From assembly GCA_963693055.1 (NCBI GenBank), contig OY843751.1:2688001-2752000 (forward strand): a stretch of 64,000 nt of DNA, given 5' to 3'. Under the pieces are notes generated by a model. It was not told the origin of the DNA. It searched no databases and worked only from the letters and a program-made list of their open reading frames with translations. Below are positions 18,526 to 28,560 of this stretch, piece after piece (the stretch's first letter is position 1; every line of letters begins with the position of its first letter). A program made the translations under genes and the position numbers. The DNA comes from a bacterium. Lineage in GTDB: Bacteria > Zhuqueibacterota > Zhuqueibacteria > Residuimicrobiales > Krinioviventaceae.

Positions 18526-19473
18526 GTGTACGGAAATTTAAAGGTGTTTTCTGGTAATAGTAACCCTCAATTAGCAAAAGATATTTGTGAAAATATTGGA
18601 ATTGAACCTGGTAAAATTAGAATTCATAAATTCAGTAATGAGAACATTAAAGTCAAAATTGAAGAAAATGTTAGAAATGATGACGTATATGTACTTCAAA
18701 GTGCATCAAAACCCTTAAACGAACACTTTATGGAATTGTTGATCATTCTTGATGCATTAAAATATGCTTCCGCCAGAAGAATAACTGTTGTGACTCCGTA
18801 CTATTTTTATGCACGTTCTGACAAAAAAGATGAACCCAGAATTTCAATTACTGCAAGATTGGTTGCTGAATTACTCAAAGCTGCCGGTGCCGATAGAATT
18901 ATTACCATGGAATTGCATGCACCTCAGATTATGGGTTTTTCACGTATACCTATGGATCAGCTTTTACCAACACAAATATTACTCAATCATTACCATCAAA
19001 AAGACCTTTCTAATGCTGTGATTGCAGCTACTGACGTAGGAGGCGCTAAGGCTGCCAGAAAATTTGCCAGACAACTTGGTCTGCCTATGGTAGTGATGGA
19101 TAAAGAACGAATTGGAGATAAAGAAAAAGTTATTATTAATAATATTATTGGTGATGCTAAAAACAAGGATGTTTTAATTATTGATGATGAAATTCTGTCC
19201 GGTGGTTCAGTGCTTGAAGCTGTAAAATTTCTTAAGGAGCATGGTGCAAATCGTATTTGGGCTGGCTGTACGCATGGGTTTATGACATCAAAAGTTTTAG
19301 ATAAATTTCAAGCATCAGAGGTTGAAGAGCTGGTAACAACCAATACTGTACCTCAACTTCTTTCTGAAAAACATACAAAAGTTAAAGTATTGTCTGTTGC
19401 GGAATTGTTTGCAAAGGCTATCACTGCTATTCATATTGGAGATTCCGTCGGTGCTTTGTTCAGTGACTCGTGA
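18526..19473 (+). CDS. prs: Ribose-phosphate pyrophosphokinase
   Basis: FSGNSNPQLA, PYYFYARSDKK, LHAPQI and IIDDEILSGGS motifs. Confidence 0.9.
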   Translation: MYGNLKVFSGNSNPQLAKDICENIGIEPGKIRIHKFSNENIKVKIEENVRNDDVYVLQSASKPLNEHFMELLIILDALKYASARRITVVTPYYFYARSDKKDEPRISITARLVAELLKAAGADRIITMELHAPQIMGFSRIPMDQLLPTQILLNHYHQKDLSNAVIAATDVGGAKAARKFARQLGLPMVVMDKERIGDKEKVIINNIIGDAKNKDVLIIDDEILSGGSVLEAVKFLKEHGANRIWAGCTHGFMTSKVLDKFQASEVEELVTTNTVPQLLSEKHTKVKVLSVAELFAKAITAIHIGDSVGALFSDS

Positions 19474-19481
19474 GAATGTGA

Positions 19482-20111
19482 ATGAATAATAACTTTGAAA
19501 TTATATTTTTTGACCTGGGAAACGTACTTGTTAATGTAAATATTGAAATGTTTTTTGCAAACCTTGCAATAATGACTGGTAGTTGCATGATGGATGTGTA
19601 TGCAGTAGCAGATTCACATGCCGACACTATTGAGCAGTTTAACAAGGGTTTAATCTCTGCTAACCAATTTTATAATACGGTTACTTCTAGTTATAATAAT
19701 ATTACTTTTGAACAATTTTCTGATGCATATACAGATATATTTACATTAAATGCGCCTATTGTTCCTGTGGTTAATCTATTGCAAAAGTCTGAAAAATTGT
19801 CTATTATTAGTAATACAGATATATTGCATTTTGAATACATCAAAAAGAAATTTAATTTTATCAATAATTTTGAAAATCCAATTACTTCGTACGAGGTTCA
19901 TTCTTTAAAGCCAGAGCCAGAAATATATTTAAATGCAATGAACCAATTTAAAATGCAACCAAAGCATTGTATTTTTATTGACGACAAGAAAGAGAATATT
20001 ACCGCTGCCAATGATCTGGGTATGACAGGTATACATTTTACCGGTGTAAACAGACTTGTTGACTCGTTAATTGATTTAGGATTCACAAACTTGAAAACCC
20101 TGGAGGTTTAA
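19482..20111 (+). CDS. HAD family phosphatase (YihX-like)
   Basis: FFDLGNVL, ISNT, KPEPEIY and FIDD motifs. Confidence 0.88.
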   Translation: MNNNFEIIFFDLGNVLVNVNIEMFFANLAIMTGSCMMDVYAVADSHADTIEQFNKGLISANQFYNTVTSSYNNITFEQFSDAYTDIFTLNAPIVPVVNLLQKSEKLSIISNTDILHFEYIKKKFNFINNFENPITSYEVHSLKPEPEIYLNAMNQFKMQPKHCIFIDDKKENITAANDLGMTGIHFTGVNRLVDSLIDLGFTNLKTLEV

Positions 20112-21338
20112 ATGTCAGTTTTGGCAATAAATGGTGGAACGCCTGTAAGAACAGATTCATTTCCTGTTTGGCCGGTTTGGGGTGAAGAAGAGATTAATAA
20201 TGTTACCAATGTTATAAAAAGCGGGAAATGGGGTTGTTTGAATGGAACAATTACATCCGAATTTGAAAAAAAATATGCATCCTATATGAATGCAAAACAT
20301 GGTATTTGTGTGAACAGTGGTACAACTGCTTTGCAAATAGCACTCAAAGCTGCTGATGTAGATGCCGGATCAGAAGTATTGGTACCAGCTTATACGTTTA
20401 TAGCAACCGCAACAGCGGTAGTAGAGATGGGATGTATTCCCATTTTTGTTGATATTGATCCACAAACTTACAACATGGATGCTGATAAAGCTGAACAAGC
20501 CATAACAGACAAAACCGCAGCCATTATGCCTGTACATTTTGCAGGCTGTCCTGCTGATATGGATAAAATTTTGGCACTCGCCAAAAAACATAACCTAAAA
20601 GTTGTTGAAGATGCAGCCCAGGCATGGGGATCTGAATGGAAAGGTCAACGTGTTGGCGCATTAGGAGACGCGGGTTGTTTTAGCTTTCAATCATCAAAAA
20701 ATATCAATTCTGGTGAAGGTGGTATTATTATAACCAACGATGATGAAGTAGCCAAAATGTCAAGATCACATATCAACTGTGGTAGAAGTGAAGATGGCCT
20801 TTGGTATGAGCATTTTTATTTCGGTGGTAATTACCGTATTACAGACCTCCAATCTGCAGTATTGATGGCCCAACTCGAGCGATACGATGAGCTAATGGCA
20901 ATTCGTAAAGAAAATTTTCAATATCTTTCAGATGCATTAAAAGATATTGAGGGTATTGAGCCTTTAACAATTGACGAACGTGTTACATCAAATTCTTGCC
21001 ATTTGTTTATTTTTAAATATAAAAAAGAGCATTTTAATAATGCATCCAAATCATCTTTTATTGATGCTTTGCGTAAAGAAGGAATCTATACAAGTCCTGG
21101 TTATTCATTACCTTTGTATAAACAACCTGTTTTTATTAATAAGGCTTTTGGACCCAGAGGAAAATCAATTGATTTACCAGTTGATTACAACTCTTTTTCA
21201 TGTCCTGAAACAGAAAAAGCATGTTATGAAGAAGCTATTTGGTTCACACAAAATATGTTTTTAGGCGATCAGAATGATATGGATGATATTGTAGAGGCAA
21301 TATCAAAAATTGCTGAGAATAAATCTGAACTGAATTAA
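20112..21338 (+). CDS. DegT/DnrJ/EryC1/StrS PLP aminotransferase (RifK/aminocyclitol aminotransferase-like)
   Basis: NSGTTAL, PAYTFIAT, EDAAQAWG, FSFQSSKNINSGEGG (PLP Lys) and GGNYR. Confidence 0.9.
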   Translation: MSVLAINGGTPVRTDSFPVWPVWGEEEINNVTNVIKSGKWGCLNGTITSEFEKKYASYMNAKHGICVNSGTTALQIALKAADVDAGSEVLVPAYTFIATATAVVEMGCIPIFVDIDPQTYNMDADKAEQAITDKTAAIMPVHFAGCPADMDKILALAKKHNLKVVEDAAQAWGSEWKGQRVGALGDAGCFSFQSSKNINSGEGGIIITNDDEVAKMSRSHINCGRSEDGLWYEHFYFGGNYRITDLQSAVLMAQLERYDELMAIRKENFQYLSDALKDIEGIEPLTIDERVTSNSCHLFIFKYKKEHFNNASKSSFIDALRKEGIYTSPGYSLPLYKQPVFINKAFGPRGKSIDLPVDYNSFSCPETEKACYEEAIWFTQNMFLGDQNDMDDIVEAISKIAENKSELN

Positions 21339-21348
21339 GGGGGTATTT

Positions 21349-21657
21349 TTGTTATCGGTTTGCAGGATGTGTGGCCAGCGATCTTTGCGGCCAAAGGACC
21401 TGTTGAGAAATCCGTTTAATGTTACATTCATCTGTCATTATTGTGGTGCAGAATATAAAGTATCAAAAAATTTTTTTCACTATATACTTGTAATTTTAAT
21501 ATGGATTCTAACATTTGTTGCTTTTATTGTATTAACAATTTTCAATTTTGATGGAATATTTAAGCTGGTTTTGAGTTTTATAATATTAATAATTTCATTT
21601 ACCATTTCTGTGATGATTGGGAATTTGGATAAAATTAGTCGTTTAAGAAAAAAGTAG
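21349..21657 (+). CDS. Small membrane protein with N-terminal zinc ribbon
   Basis: CRMC...CHYC followed by two hydrophobic helices; AGGGGG RBS. Confidence 0.6.
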   Translation: MLSVCRMCGQRSLRPKDLLRNPFNVTFICHYCGAEYKVSKNFFHYILVILIWILTFVAFIVLTIFNFDGIFKLVLSFIILIISFTISVMIGNLDKISRLRKK

Positions 21658-21661
21658 AATT

Positions 21662-22027
21662 ATGTTCAAGCTTACCGTTCATTCTTCGTTTTCTGCAGCT
21701 CATCGTCTTGTTGATTATTCAGGCGCTTGTCAGAGAATCCATGGTCATAATTGGAAAGTCAGGGCAACAATAGCTTCTGATCAATTAGATGACCTGGGAA
21801 TGGTGATGGATTTATATGAACTTGAAACCATATTAAACTCAACTTTGAAGAAATTTGATCATTATATTATTAATGATATTGAACCATTTACGGAGATTAA
21901 TCCAACTTCTGAAAATTTGGCTAAATTTATATATTATGATATAAAAAAACAATTATCAGCACCTATAAAAATGGTACAGGTTGAACTTTTAGAAACCGAT
22001 GATTTCTCTGTAACATTTGCTGAATAA
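21662..22027 (+). CDS. queD: 6-carboxy-5,6,7,8-tetrahydropterin synthase
   Basis: FSAAH, CQRIHGHNW, FDH and NPTSENLA motifs. Confidence 0.92.
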   Translation: MFKLTVHSSFSAAHRLVDYSGACQRIHGHNWKVRATIASDQLDDLGMVMDLYELETILNSTLKKFDHYIINDIEPFTEINPTSENLAKFIYYDIKKQLSAPIKMVQVELLETDDFSVTFAE

Positions 22028-22048
22028 CTAAAAAAGATTAAATATTTC

Positions 22049-22076
22049 TTGACTATTGTTGTTTAAATGATATATT
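22049..22076 (+). promoter_or_regulatory. Sigma-70-type promoter of the aro operon
   Basis: TTGACT, 16 nt spacer, TATATT with an extended -10 TG. Confidence 0.55.
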
Positions 22077-22121
22077 TAAATACTCTATAGCGGAAGAATA
22101 TAAATTGAGAAAAACCTGAAT

Positions 22122-22190
22122 ATGCAATTTTATTTTGAAAATTATTATTATTTTTTTATCGCCTTTGTAGCGGGAGGGATTAGCGTGTAA
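22122..22190 (+). CDS. Phe/Tyr-rich attenuator leader peptide MQFYFENYYYFFIAFVAGGISV
   Basis: 22-codon ORF with 5 Phe and 4 Tyr in the first 15 codons, directly upstream of a terminator and the aromatic amino acid operon. Confidence 0.85.
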   Translation: MQFYFENYYYFFIAFVAGGISV

Positions 22191-22216
22191 ATGGATTTTT
22201 TTTTCTAGCTAACCCC

Positions 22217-22251
22217 ACCCACTGCTTTCACAAAGTAGTGGGTTTTTTTTT
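22217..22251 (+). terminator. Attenuator terminator of the aro leader
   Basis: ACCCACTGCTTT-cac-AAAGTAGTGGGT stem plus T run. Its 5' arm overlaps the alternative stem 22172-22184/22208-22220. Confidence 0.85.
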
Positions 22252-22268
22252 ATGTATAAGGATATGAA

Positions 22269-22526
22269 ATGGAATTGTCAGAACTTCGAAAAGAAATTGA
22301 TTTAATTGATGAAGAAATTTTGAATTTGCTTTCTAAACGTGCCAATGTTGCTATTGATATTGGTGATTTTAAAAGTAAAAACAATCTTGAAATTTTTAAT
22401 AAAGACCGGGAAGATAAAATTTTTGAAAATTTGATTAATAAAAATAATGGTCCGCTAAGTGATAACGCTGTTCGGGCTATATTTGAACAAATCATTGTAA
22501 TCTGCAGAGATTTACAAAAGCTCTGA
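22269..22526 (+). CDS. Chorismate mutase (AroQ class, monofunctional)
   Basis: LRKEIDLIDEEILNLLSKR, IGDFK and DRE...IFEQII...LQ. Confidence 0.9.
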   Translation: MELSELRKEIDLIDEEILNLLSKRANVAIDIGDFKSKNNLEIFNKDREDKIFENLINKNNGPLSDNAVRAIFEQIIVICRDLQKL

Positions 22527-22552
22527 TAATTATTTATTGAAAGGACAGTATT

Positions 22553-23569
22553 TTGGTAATTGTCATGAAAGATAGTGCGTCAGATGAAATGATTGCAATT
22601 GTATCTGACAAACTTGTTGAGCTTGGTTTTGACGTTCACAAAGTTGTGGGTGTTAACAAGACCATAATAGGTGCAATAGGTGATAAACGCGGTATAGATA
22701 TAAGACAATTTGAAATAATGGAAGGCGTTCAGGAAGTTGTTCGCATTACTGAACCTTATAAACTTGCAGGACGTACATTTCATCAGGAAAATTCAGTTGT
22801 TAAAGTTAAGGAAACATCTTTTGGTGGTGACGAAATACATGTAATTGCTGGTCCTTGCTCTATTGAAAGTGAAGATCAATTATTTACAATTGCTGAATTG
22901 GTTAAAAAAGCCGGGGCCACAGTACTTCGTGGTGGTGCTTTTAAACCACGTACATCTCCTTATAGCTTTCAGGGAATGGGAAAAGAAGGTTTACAATTGC
23001 TACAAAAAGCCGGAAAAGAATATAATTTACCCACTGTCTCTGAGATTATGCGTGAAAATCAGGTTGATTTAATGTGTGAATATGTCGACATTCTTCAAGT
23101 GGGCGCTCGGAATATGCAAAATTTTTCACTTTTAAAAGAACTTGGAAAAACTAAAACACCAATATTACTAAAGCGTGGTCTTGCTGCAACAATTGAAGAA
23201 TTTTTGATGGCAGCAGAATATATTATGGCTGGTGGAAATTATAATGTAATCTTGTGTGAACGTGGTATTCGTACTTTTGAAAATTATACCCGAAATACAT
23301 TAGATATTTCTGCTATACCTGTCGTCCACAAGTTGAGTCATTTACCTATTATTGCCGATCCCAGTCATGGAACTGGTATTCGTGATAAAGTACCTCCAAT
23401 GGCAAGAGCAGCTATTGCGGCCGGTGCTGATGGCTTGACCATTGAAGTACATCATGAACCTGAAAAAGCCTTCTCTGATGGTGCTCAGTCATTGTATCCT
23501 AAACAATTTGAACGGTTAATGGAAGAGCTTCGAATGATTGCATGGGCTATAGGTCGTAAAATTAAATAG
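22553..23569 (+). CDS. aroF: DAHP synthase class I-beta with N-terminal regulatory (ACT-like) domain
   Basis: IAGPCSIE, GGAFKPRTSPYSFQG, GARNMQNF and DPSHGTG. Confidence 0.95.
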   Translation: MVIVMKDSASDEMIAIVSDKLVELGFDVHKVVGVNKTIIGAIGDKRGIDIRQFEIMEGVQEVVRITEPYKLAGRTFHQENSVVKVKETSFGGDEIHVIAGPCSIESEDQLFTIAELVKKAGATVLRGGAFKPRTSPYSFQGMGKEGLQLLQKAGKEYNLPTVSEIMRENQVDLMCEYVDILQVGARNMQNFSLLKELGKTKTPILLKRGLAATIEEFLMAAEYIMAGGNYNVILCERGIRTFENYTRNTLDISAIPVVHKLSHLPIIADPSHGTGIRDKVPPMARAAIAAGADGLTIEVHHEPEKAFSDGAQSLYPKQFERLMEELRMIAWAIGRKIK

Positions 23570-23578
23570 GATTTAATA

Positions 23579-24688
23579 ATGGATACCAATAATCGTTTTA
23601 AAACAATTGCCATAGTAGGAGTAGGACTTATTGGTGGTTCTCTGGGTATGGCACTGAAACGAAAAGGCTTTAAAGGAACTATCGTTGGCATTGATAATCC
23701 TTATACGCTTGAAGATGCTATAAAGAGAAAAGCAGTCGATAAGGTTTATCCCATTGATCAACTCAAAGAGGGTGTAGCAACAGCTGATCTGGTTTTTCTT
23801 TGTACACCAATAGATGAAATAGTTAACCTGATCAAAATTGTTGGTAATTATGTAAAACCAAATACTTTGATTACGGATGTTGGCAGTATTAAGCGTAGAA
23901 TAGTTGAAACCGCCAATTTGCATATACCACGCGAATGCGATTTTATTGGTGGTCATCCCATGGCTGGTTCTGAATTTAGAAGTATCAAAGCCGCTGATCC
24001 ATTTTTGTTCGAGAACACAATTTATGTTTTAACTCCAACTCGGCCTTTAGATGAATCTACACGTAAAGCTTTTGGAGAGTTGTTGGAATCAATTGGTGCC
24101 AAAGTATTATTGATGCTTCCCAAGCTGCACGATGAAATTGCTGCTGCAGTTAGTCATTTACCACAAATGGCTGCTGTAGCCTTGATGAATATGGTTGCTG
24201 AAAAGCAAAAAGAAAGTCCGCATTTTATGAAAATGGCTGCGGGTGGTTTCAGAGATATGACACGTATTGCATCCAGTCCATATGGTATTTGGGAACATAT
24301 TCGTCAAACAAATTCAGATATGATTATTGAGTATATTGATGCATATATAAAAGAATTGGAAAAAGTCAAAAAGATATTATTAACACCGGAATTGGAAACA
24401 TATTTTGAGAGCTCTGCTAAAAACAGGCTCAATATCCCTAGTGATACAAAGGGCTTTTTACGTCCTCATTTTGATATTTCAGTAGCAGTTGAGGACAAAC
24501 CTGGAATGATTGCTATTATAGCGAATACATTGAATGATGAGAATATTAATATCAAGGATATTGAAGTATTGAAAATCAGAGAAGATGAAGGTGGAACAAT
24601 ACGTTTGGCTTTTACAACAGAAAATGATAGAGAAGCCGCTATTGCGTTGTTAAAAGCCAAGGGACTTGAATGTGGAAAGAGGGATTGA
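23579..24688 (+). CDS. tyrA: Prephenate dehydrogenase with C-terminal ACT domain
   Basis: GVGLIGGS, DVGSIK, GGHPMAGSE, SHLPQ, GFRDMTRIA; ACT domain DKPGMIA. Confidence 0.94.
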   Translation: MDTNNRFKTIAIVGVGLIGGSLGMALKRKGFKGTIVGIDNPYTLEDAIKRKAVDKVYPIDQLKEGVATADLVFLCTPIDEIVNLIKIVGNYVKPNTLITDVGSIKRRIVETANLHIPRECDFIGGHPMAGSEFRSIKAADPFLFENTIYVLTPTRPLDESTRKAFGELLESIGAKVLLMLPKLHDEIAAAVSHLPQMAAVALMNMVAEKQKESPHFMKMAAGGFRDMTRIASSPYGIWEHIRQTNSDMIIEYIDAYIKELEKVKKILLTPELETYFESSAKNRLNIPSDTKGFLRPHFDISVAVEDKPGMIAIIANTLNDENINIKDIEVLKIREDEGGTIRLAFTTENDREAAIALLKAKGLECGKRD

Positions 24689-24689
24689 A

Positions 24690-25973
24690 ATGAATGAACG
24701 TTTAATTAAACCTGCTGCCAAATTAAATGGCACTCTATTAATGCCTGGTGATAAATCAATTTCTCACCGCGCTTTGATCCTTTCGTCAATTGCCAACGGT
24801 GATTGTAAAATCACCGGTTTGTCTGATGCTGTTGACATCCAGAATACAGCCAATTGTTTAAAATCTCTTGGTATTTCTATTGAAGAAAAGGATAACAGTG
24901 TAATTGTTCATGGCAAAGGTATGTTGGGAATGTCAGAACCTTCAGTTGTTCTTGACGCAGGAAATTCCGGCACTACTATTCGTCTTTTATCTGGTATATT
25001 GGCAGCGTTACCCTTTACAACAGAAATAACCGGTGATGAATCCTTGCAAAAACGTCCAATGCGACGAATTATAGAGCCTCTTGAATTAATGGGTGCCCAG
25101 ATAGACAGCGCGGACTTTAAAGCACCTTTAAAAATCCGTGGAAATCATTTACGTGCTATTGACTATGCCTCGCCTGTTGCAAGTGCTCAGGTTAAATCCT
25201 GTATTTTATTGGCAGGTTTGTATGCACGTGGACTAACCCGTGTTACTGAAACCTCTGAATCTCGTAATCATACAGAATTGATGTTGCGTGAATTTAATGC
25301 AAATATACATTTTAATCCTGGCATGGCTGGCGTTCGAGGTCCTGCTGAGCTAGAATCAACAGACATTGACGTTCCCGGAGATATATCCGCAGCAGCATTT
25401 TTCCTTGTTGCTGGCTCATTATTAAATGGTTCAGAAATTGTAATGCCCAATATTGGAATCAACACAACCCGTACAGGTATTCTTGATGCCTTGACAACAA
25501 TGGGCGCCATGATTGATAAATCAGATGAAAATTCTATGAACCATGAAGACCGCGCTACTTTGACTGTAAAATCAACCATGTTAATGCCTACTCATTTGGG
25601 CGGTTCATTAATACCCAGAATAATTGATGAAATTCCAATTATTGCTGTTGCAGCAACTCAGGCACCTGGTACAACAATTATCAAAGATGCTGGTGAATTG
25701 CGTGTTAAAGAATCTGACCGCATTAAAACTGTGGTTGACAATCTAAAACGTATGAAAGCTAATATACGTGAGATCAAAGATGGAATGATCATTGATGGTC
25801 CATCAAAACTCAAAGGTGCAGAGATTGACAGCTTTGGAGATCACCGTATTGCTATGGCGTTTGCAATTGCTGGTTTGGTTGCTGAAGGAGAAACATTGAT
25901 CAAAAATACAGATTGTGTTGACACTTCGTTTCCAGGATTTTTTGACAAGCTGGAGTCGTTACGTAATGATTGA
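24690..25973 (+). CDS. aroA: 3-phosphoshikimate 1-carboxyvinyltransferase (EPSP synthase)
   Basis: PGDKSISHR, GNSGTT, SAQVKS, RVKESDR and DHRIAM. Confidence 0.97.
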   Translation: MNERLIKPAAKLNGTLLMPGDKSISHRALILSSIANGDCKITGLSDAVDIQNTANCLKSLGISIEEKDNSVIVHGKGMLGMSEPSVVLDAGNSGTTIRLLSGILAALPFTTEITGDESLQKRPMRRIIEPLELMGAQIDSADFKAPLKIRGNHLRAIDYASPVASAQVKSCILLAGLYARGLTRVTETSESRNHTELMLREFNANIHFNPGMAGVRGPAELESTDIDVPGDISAAAFFLVAGSLLNGSEIVMPNIGINTTRTGILDALTTMGAMIDKSDENSMNHEDRATLTVKSTMLMPTHLGGSLIPRIIDEIPIIAVAATQAPGTTIIKDAGELRVKESDRIKTVVDNLKRMKANIREIKDGMIIDGPSKLKGAEIDSFGDHRIAMAFAIAGLVAEGETLIKNTDCVDTSFPGFFDKLESLRND

Positions 25974-26841
25974 TGCCATGACCCGAGTTTTAGCTGTAAT
26001 TGGCGATCCCATTGAACACAGTTTGTCACCGCTTATGCAGAATTGGTTTATCCGGAAAACCGGAATAAATGCTGTTTATACTGCATTTCATGTTAATCCA
26101 AAAGATGTTAAAGATTGTGTAGCCGGTATGCGTGCAATGAATATTGCTGGGTTGAATGTAACAGCACCACACAAACAACTCGTTGTCGAACATGCTGACT
26201 CTGTGTCTAATGAAGTAGAATTATTGGGTGCTTCTAATACACTTGTAAATACTGATGGAAAAATTTCTGCATATGTAACGGACCCTTTTGGTTTTATTGA
26301 ATCTCTTGGTTCTGAAAAAAATCGTTTCAAGAATGCATCGGTTGTTTTGTTTGGTGCTGGTGGTGCTGCAATGTCTATTGTGTATGCATTATCTAAATTA
26401 AAGGTAAAAAAGGTCTTTATAACAGATCTGTATCCTGAAAAAGCTTCTGATTTGCAAAAAATGGCTACCCATGATCTCAATATGACAGATGTAACCATTA
26501 TCGATCCTGCCAATAAAGATAAATCCGATATCATTCGGGATGCTGATGTTTTAATTAATGCTACTGCTGTTGGTATGCATCCACTGGTTGGTAAATCTGT
26601 AATTGATGATTTTACTCCTATTGCTCCTAAGCATTTTATTTACGATCTTGTATATAATCCCGGTGTTACACATTTTATGCATAATGCACAAAAACAGGGT
26701 GCAAGCGTACAAAACGGACTCGAGATGTTGATTTTTCAAGGTCTTGAATCTTTTCGGTTATTTACCGGAGAACCTGTTCAGCTCAATGAAAAAGAGCTGA
26801 GTGAATTAAAATCTATTATGAATAAGGCTTTAGGTTTATGA
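25966..26841 (+). CDS. aroE: Shikimate dehydrogenase
   Basis: HSLSP, NVTAPHK, GAGGAA, INATAVGM and DLVYNP. Confidence 0.93.
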   Translation: MIDAMTRVLAVIGDPIEHSLSPLMQNWFIRKTGINAVYTAFHVNPKDVKDCVAGMRAMNIAGLNVTAPHKQLVVEHADSVSNEVELLGASNTLVNTDGKISAYVTDPFGFIESLGSEKNRFKNASVVLFGAGGAAMSIVYALSKLKVKKVFITDLYPEKASDLQKMATHDLNMTDVTIIDPANKDKSDIIRDADVLINATAVGMHPLVGKSVIDDFTPIAPKHFIYDLVYNPGVTHFMHNAQKQGASVQNGLEMLIFQGLESFRLFTGEPVQLNEKELSELKSIMNKALGL

Positions 26842-28043
26842 ATAAAATTAGGTTTCTGACTGCCGGAGAGTCTCACGGACAAGCGTTGAATGCTATAATT
26901 GAGGGACTTCCAGCCAATCTTGAAATCAATGAAGTAGAAATACGTCATGATCTTGCCCGCAGACAGCGCGGCTATGGCCGTGGTGGCAGAATGCAGATCG
27001 AAAAAGATTATGCAAGAATTATGACAGGTGTAAGATACGGAAAAACATTAGGTAGTCCTGTTTCTCTATTACTTGAGAACAAAGACTGGCCCAACTGGAC
27101 TGAGAAAATGTCTGTTACACCTGTTGACAATCCTGTCCCCAAGTTACAAATGCCACGTCCGGGGCATGCTGATTTTTCCGGTATGGTTAAATATCAGCAG
27201 GATGATTTACGCAACTTGTTGGAGCGATCATCGGCACGTGAAACAACAATGCGTGTTGCAGTAGGTGCTGTTTGCAGGAAATTGTTGTCTGAATTTGGCA
27301 TTCAAATCTATGGTCATGTTGTAAGAATTGGATCGGTAACGTCAGATTTTTCTGGTTTAAATGTAACCCAAAAAGATTTTAACGATTCTGATTTTGTAAA
27401 AAGTTGGATTGATACCTTTTCCAAAGTTGAATCTGCCGATATGGCCTGTGCTGATGATACTGCCAATAAAGCGATGATGGATTTGGTTGATGAAGCAAAA
27501 GAAAAAGGTACATCTTTGGGGGGGCAGTATGAAATTATTGCAACCGGTTTGCCTGTAGGGTTAGGCAGCCATGTACACTGGGACCGTAAATTAGACGCTC
27601 ACATTGCTTATGCTATGATGAGTATTAATGCCATGAAATCCGTTGAAATTGGAATGGGTGTTGGTGTTGCTCAAAATCCTGGTAGTGCTGTACATGACCA
27701 GATTTATTATGATGAAAAAAACGGATATTATAGAACCAGTAATAACGCTGGTGGGCTGGAAGGCGGTATGACCAATGGTGAACCCGTAATTGCCCGTATT
27801 TCAATGAAACCCCTGCCAACGATGGTTACACCTTTAGATTCTGTTGATGTTAAAACCAAATCATCCAAACAGGCGCATTATGAACGTGCGGATGTTTGTG
27901 CTGTACCCGCTGCTGTAATTGTAGGTGAAGCCATGATGGCAATTGTGCTTGCCAATGCTTTAATTGACAAAATTGGCGGTGACTCGATTGAAGAGATGAA
28001 GCGAAACTATAAAGGATTACCTAATGTACCCTTGGGATGGTAA
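26838..28043 (+). CDS. aroC: Chorismate synthase
   Basis: TAGESHG, RPGHAD, ERSSARET and NNAGGLEGG. Confidence 0.97.
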   Translation: MNKIRFLTAGESHGQALNAIIEGLPANLEINEVEIRHDLARRQRGYGRGGRMQIEKDYARIMTGVRYGKTLGSPVSLLLENKDWPNWTEKMSVTPVDNPVPKLQMPRPGHADFSGMVKYQQDDLRNLLERSSARETTMRVAVGAVCRKLLSEFGIQIYGHVVRIGSVTSDFSGLNVTQKDFNDSDFVKSWIDTFSKVESADMACADDTANKAMMDLVDEAKEKGTSLGGQYEIIATGLPVGLGSHVHWDRKLDAHIAYAMMSINAMKSVEIGMGVGVAQNPGSAVHDQIYYDEKNGYYRTSNNAGGLEGGMTNGEPVIARISMKPLPTMVTPLDSVDVKTKSSKQAHYERADVCAVPAAVIVGEAMMAIVLANALIDKIGGDSIEEMKRNYKGLPNVPLGW

Positions 28044-28560
28044 AAACGTCTATTTTCTAGGATTTATGGCTTCCGGAAAATCAGCAATTGGTCGTGAATT
28101 TTCAAAAATGTTGGGTTGGCCTTTTTATGATACCGATGATCTTGTCGAACAAGCTGCCGGTAAAACAATCAGTGAAATTTTTGAGCAGGATGGAGAACAG
28201 GCATTTCGTGACCTTGAATCTCGAGTGGTTAAATCTGTTTCTGAAAAAAAACATCAGGTTGTTTCACTTGGTGGTGGTGCAATTATACGCCAGGATAACT
28301 GGAAATATATAATCGATTCAGGAATCACCATTGGGCTTATGGCACCTGTAAGTGTTTTGGCAGAACGTATTGCAAGGAAATCTCATCGTCCTTTAATGTA
28401 CAACTTGAAGGGTGATGAATTGATAAAAAAGATTGAATCCCTGCTTAAAGAACGTGAGCCTTTTTACATTCGCGCTCAATACAAATTTGAAAACACCGGA
28501 CTATTGACTGTTCATGATTTTACTCAGGAAATATTCAATACAATACGGGATGACATATGA
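28024..28560 (+). CDS. aroK: Shikimate kinase
   Basis: GFMASGKS P-loop, DTD, FRDLE and SLGGG. Confidence 0.95.
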   Translation: MYPWDGKNVYFLGFMASGKSAIGREFSKMLGWPFYDTDDLVEQAAGKTISEIFEQDGEQAFRDLESRVVKSVSEKKHQVVSLGGGAIIRQDNWKYIIDSGITIGLMAPVSVLAERIARKSHRPLMYNLKGDELIKKIESLLKEREPFYIRAQYKFENTGLLTVHDFTQEIFNTIRDDI

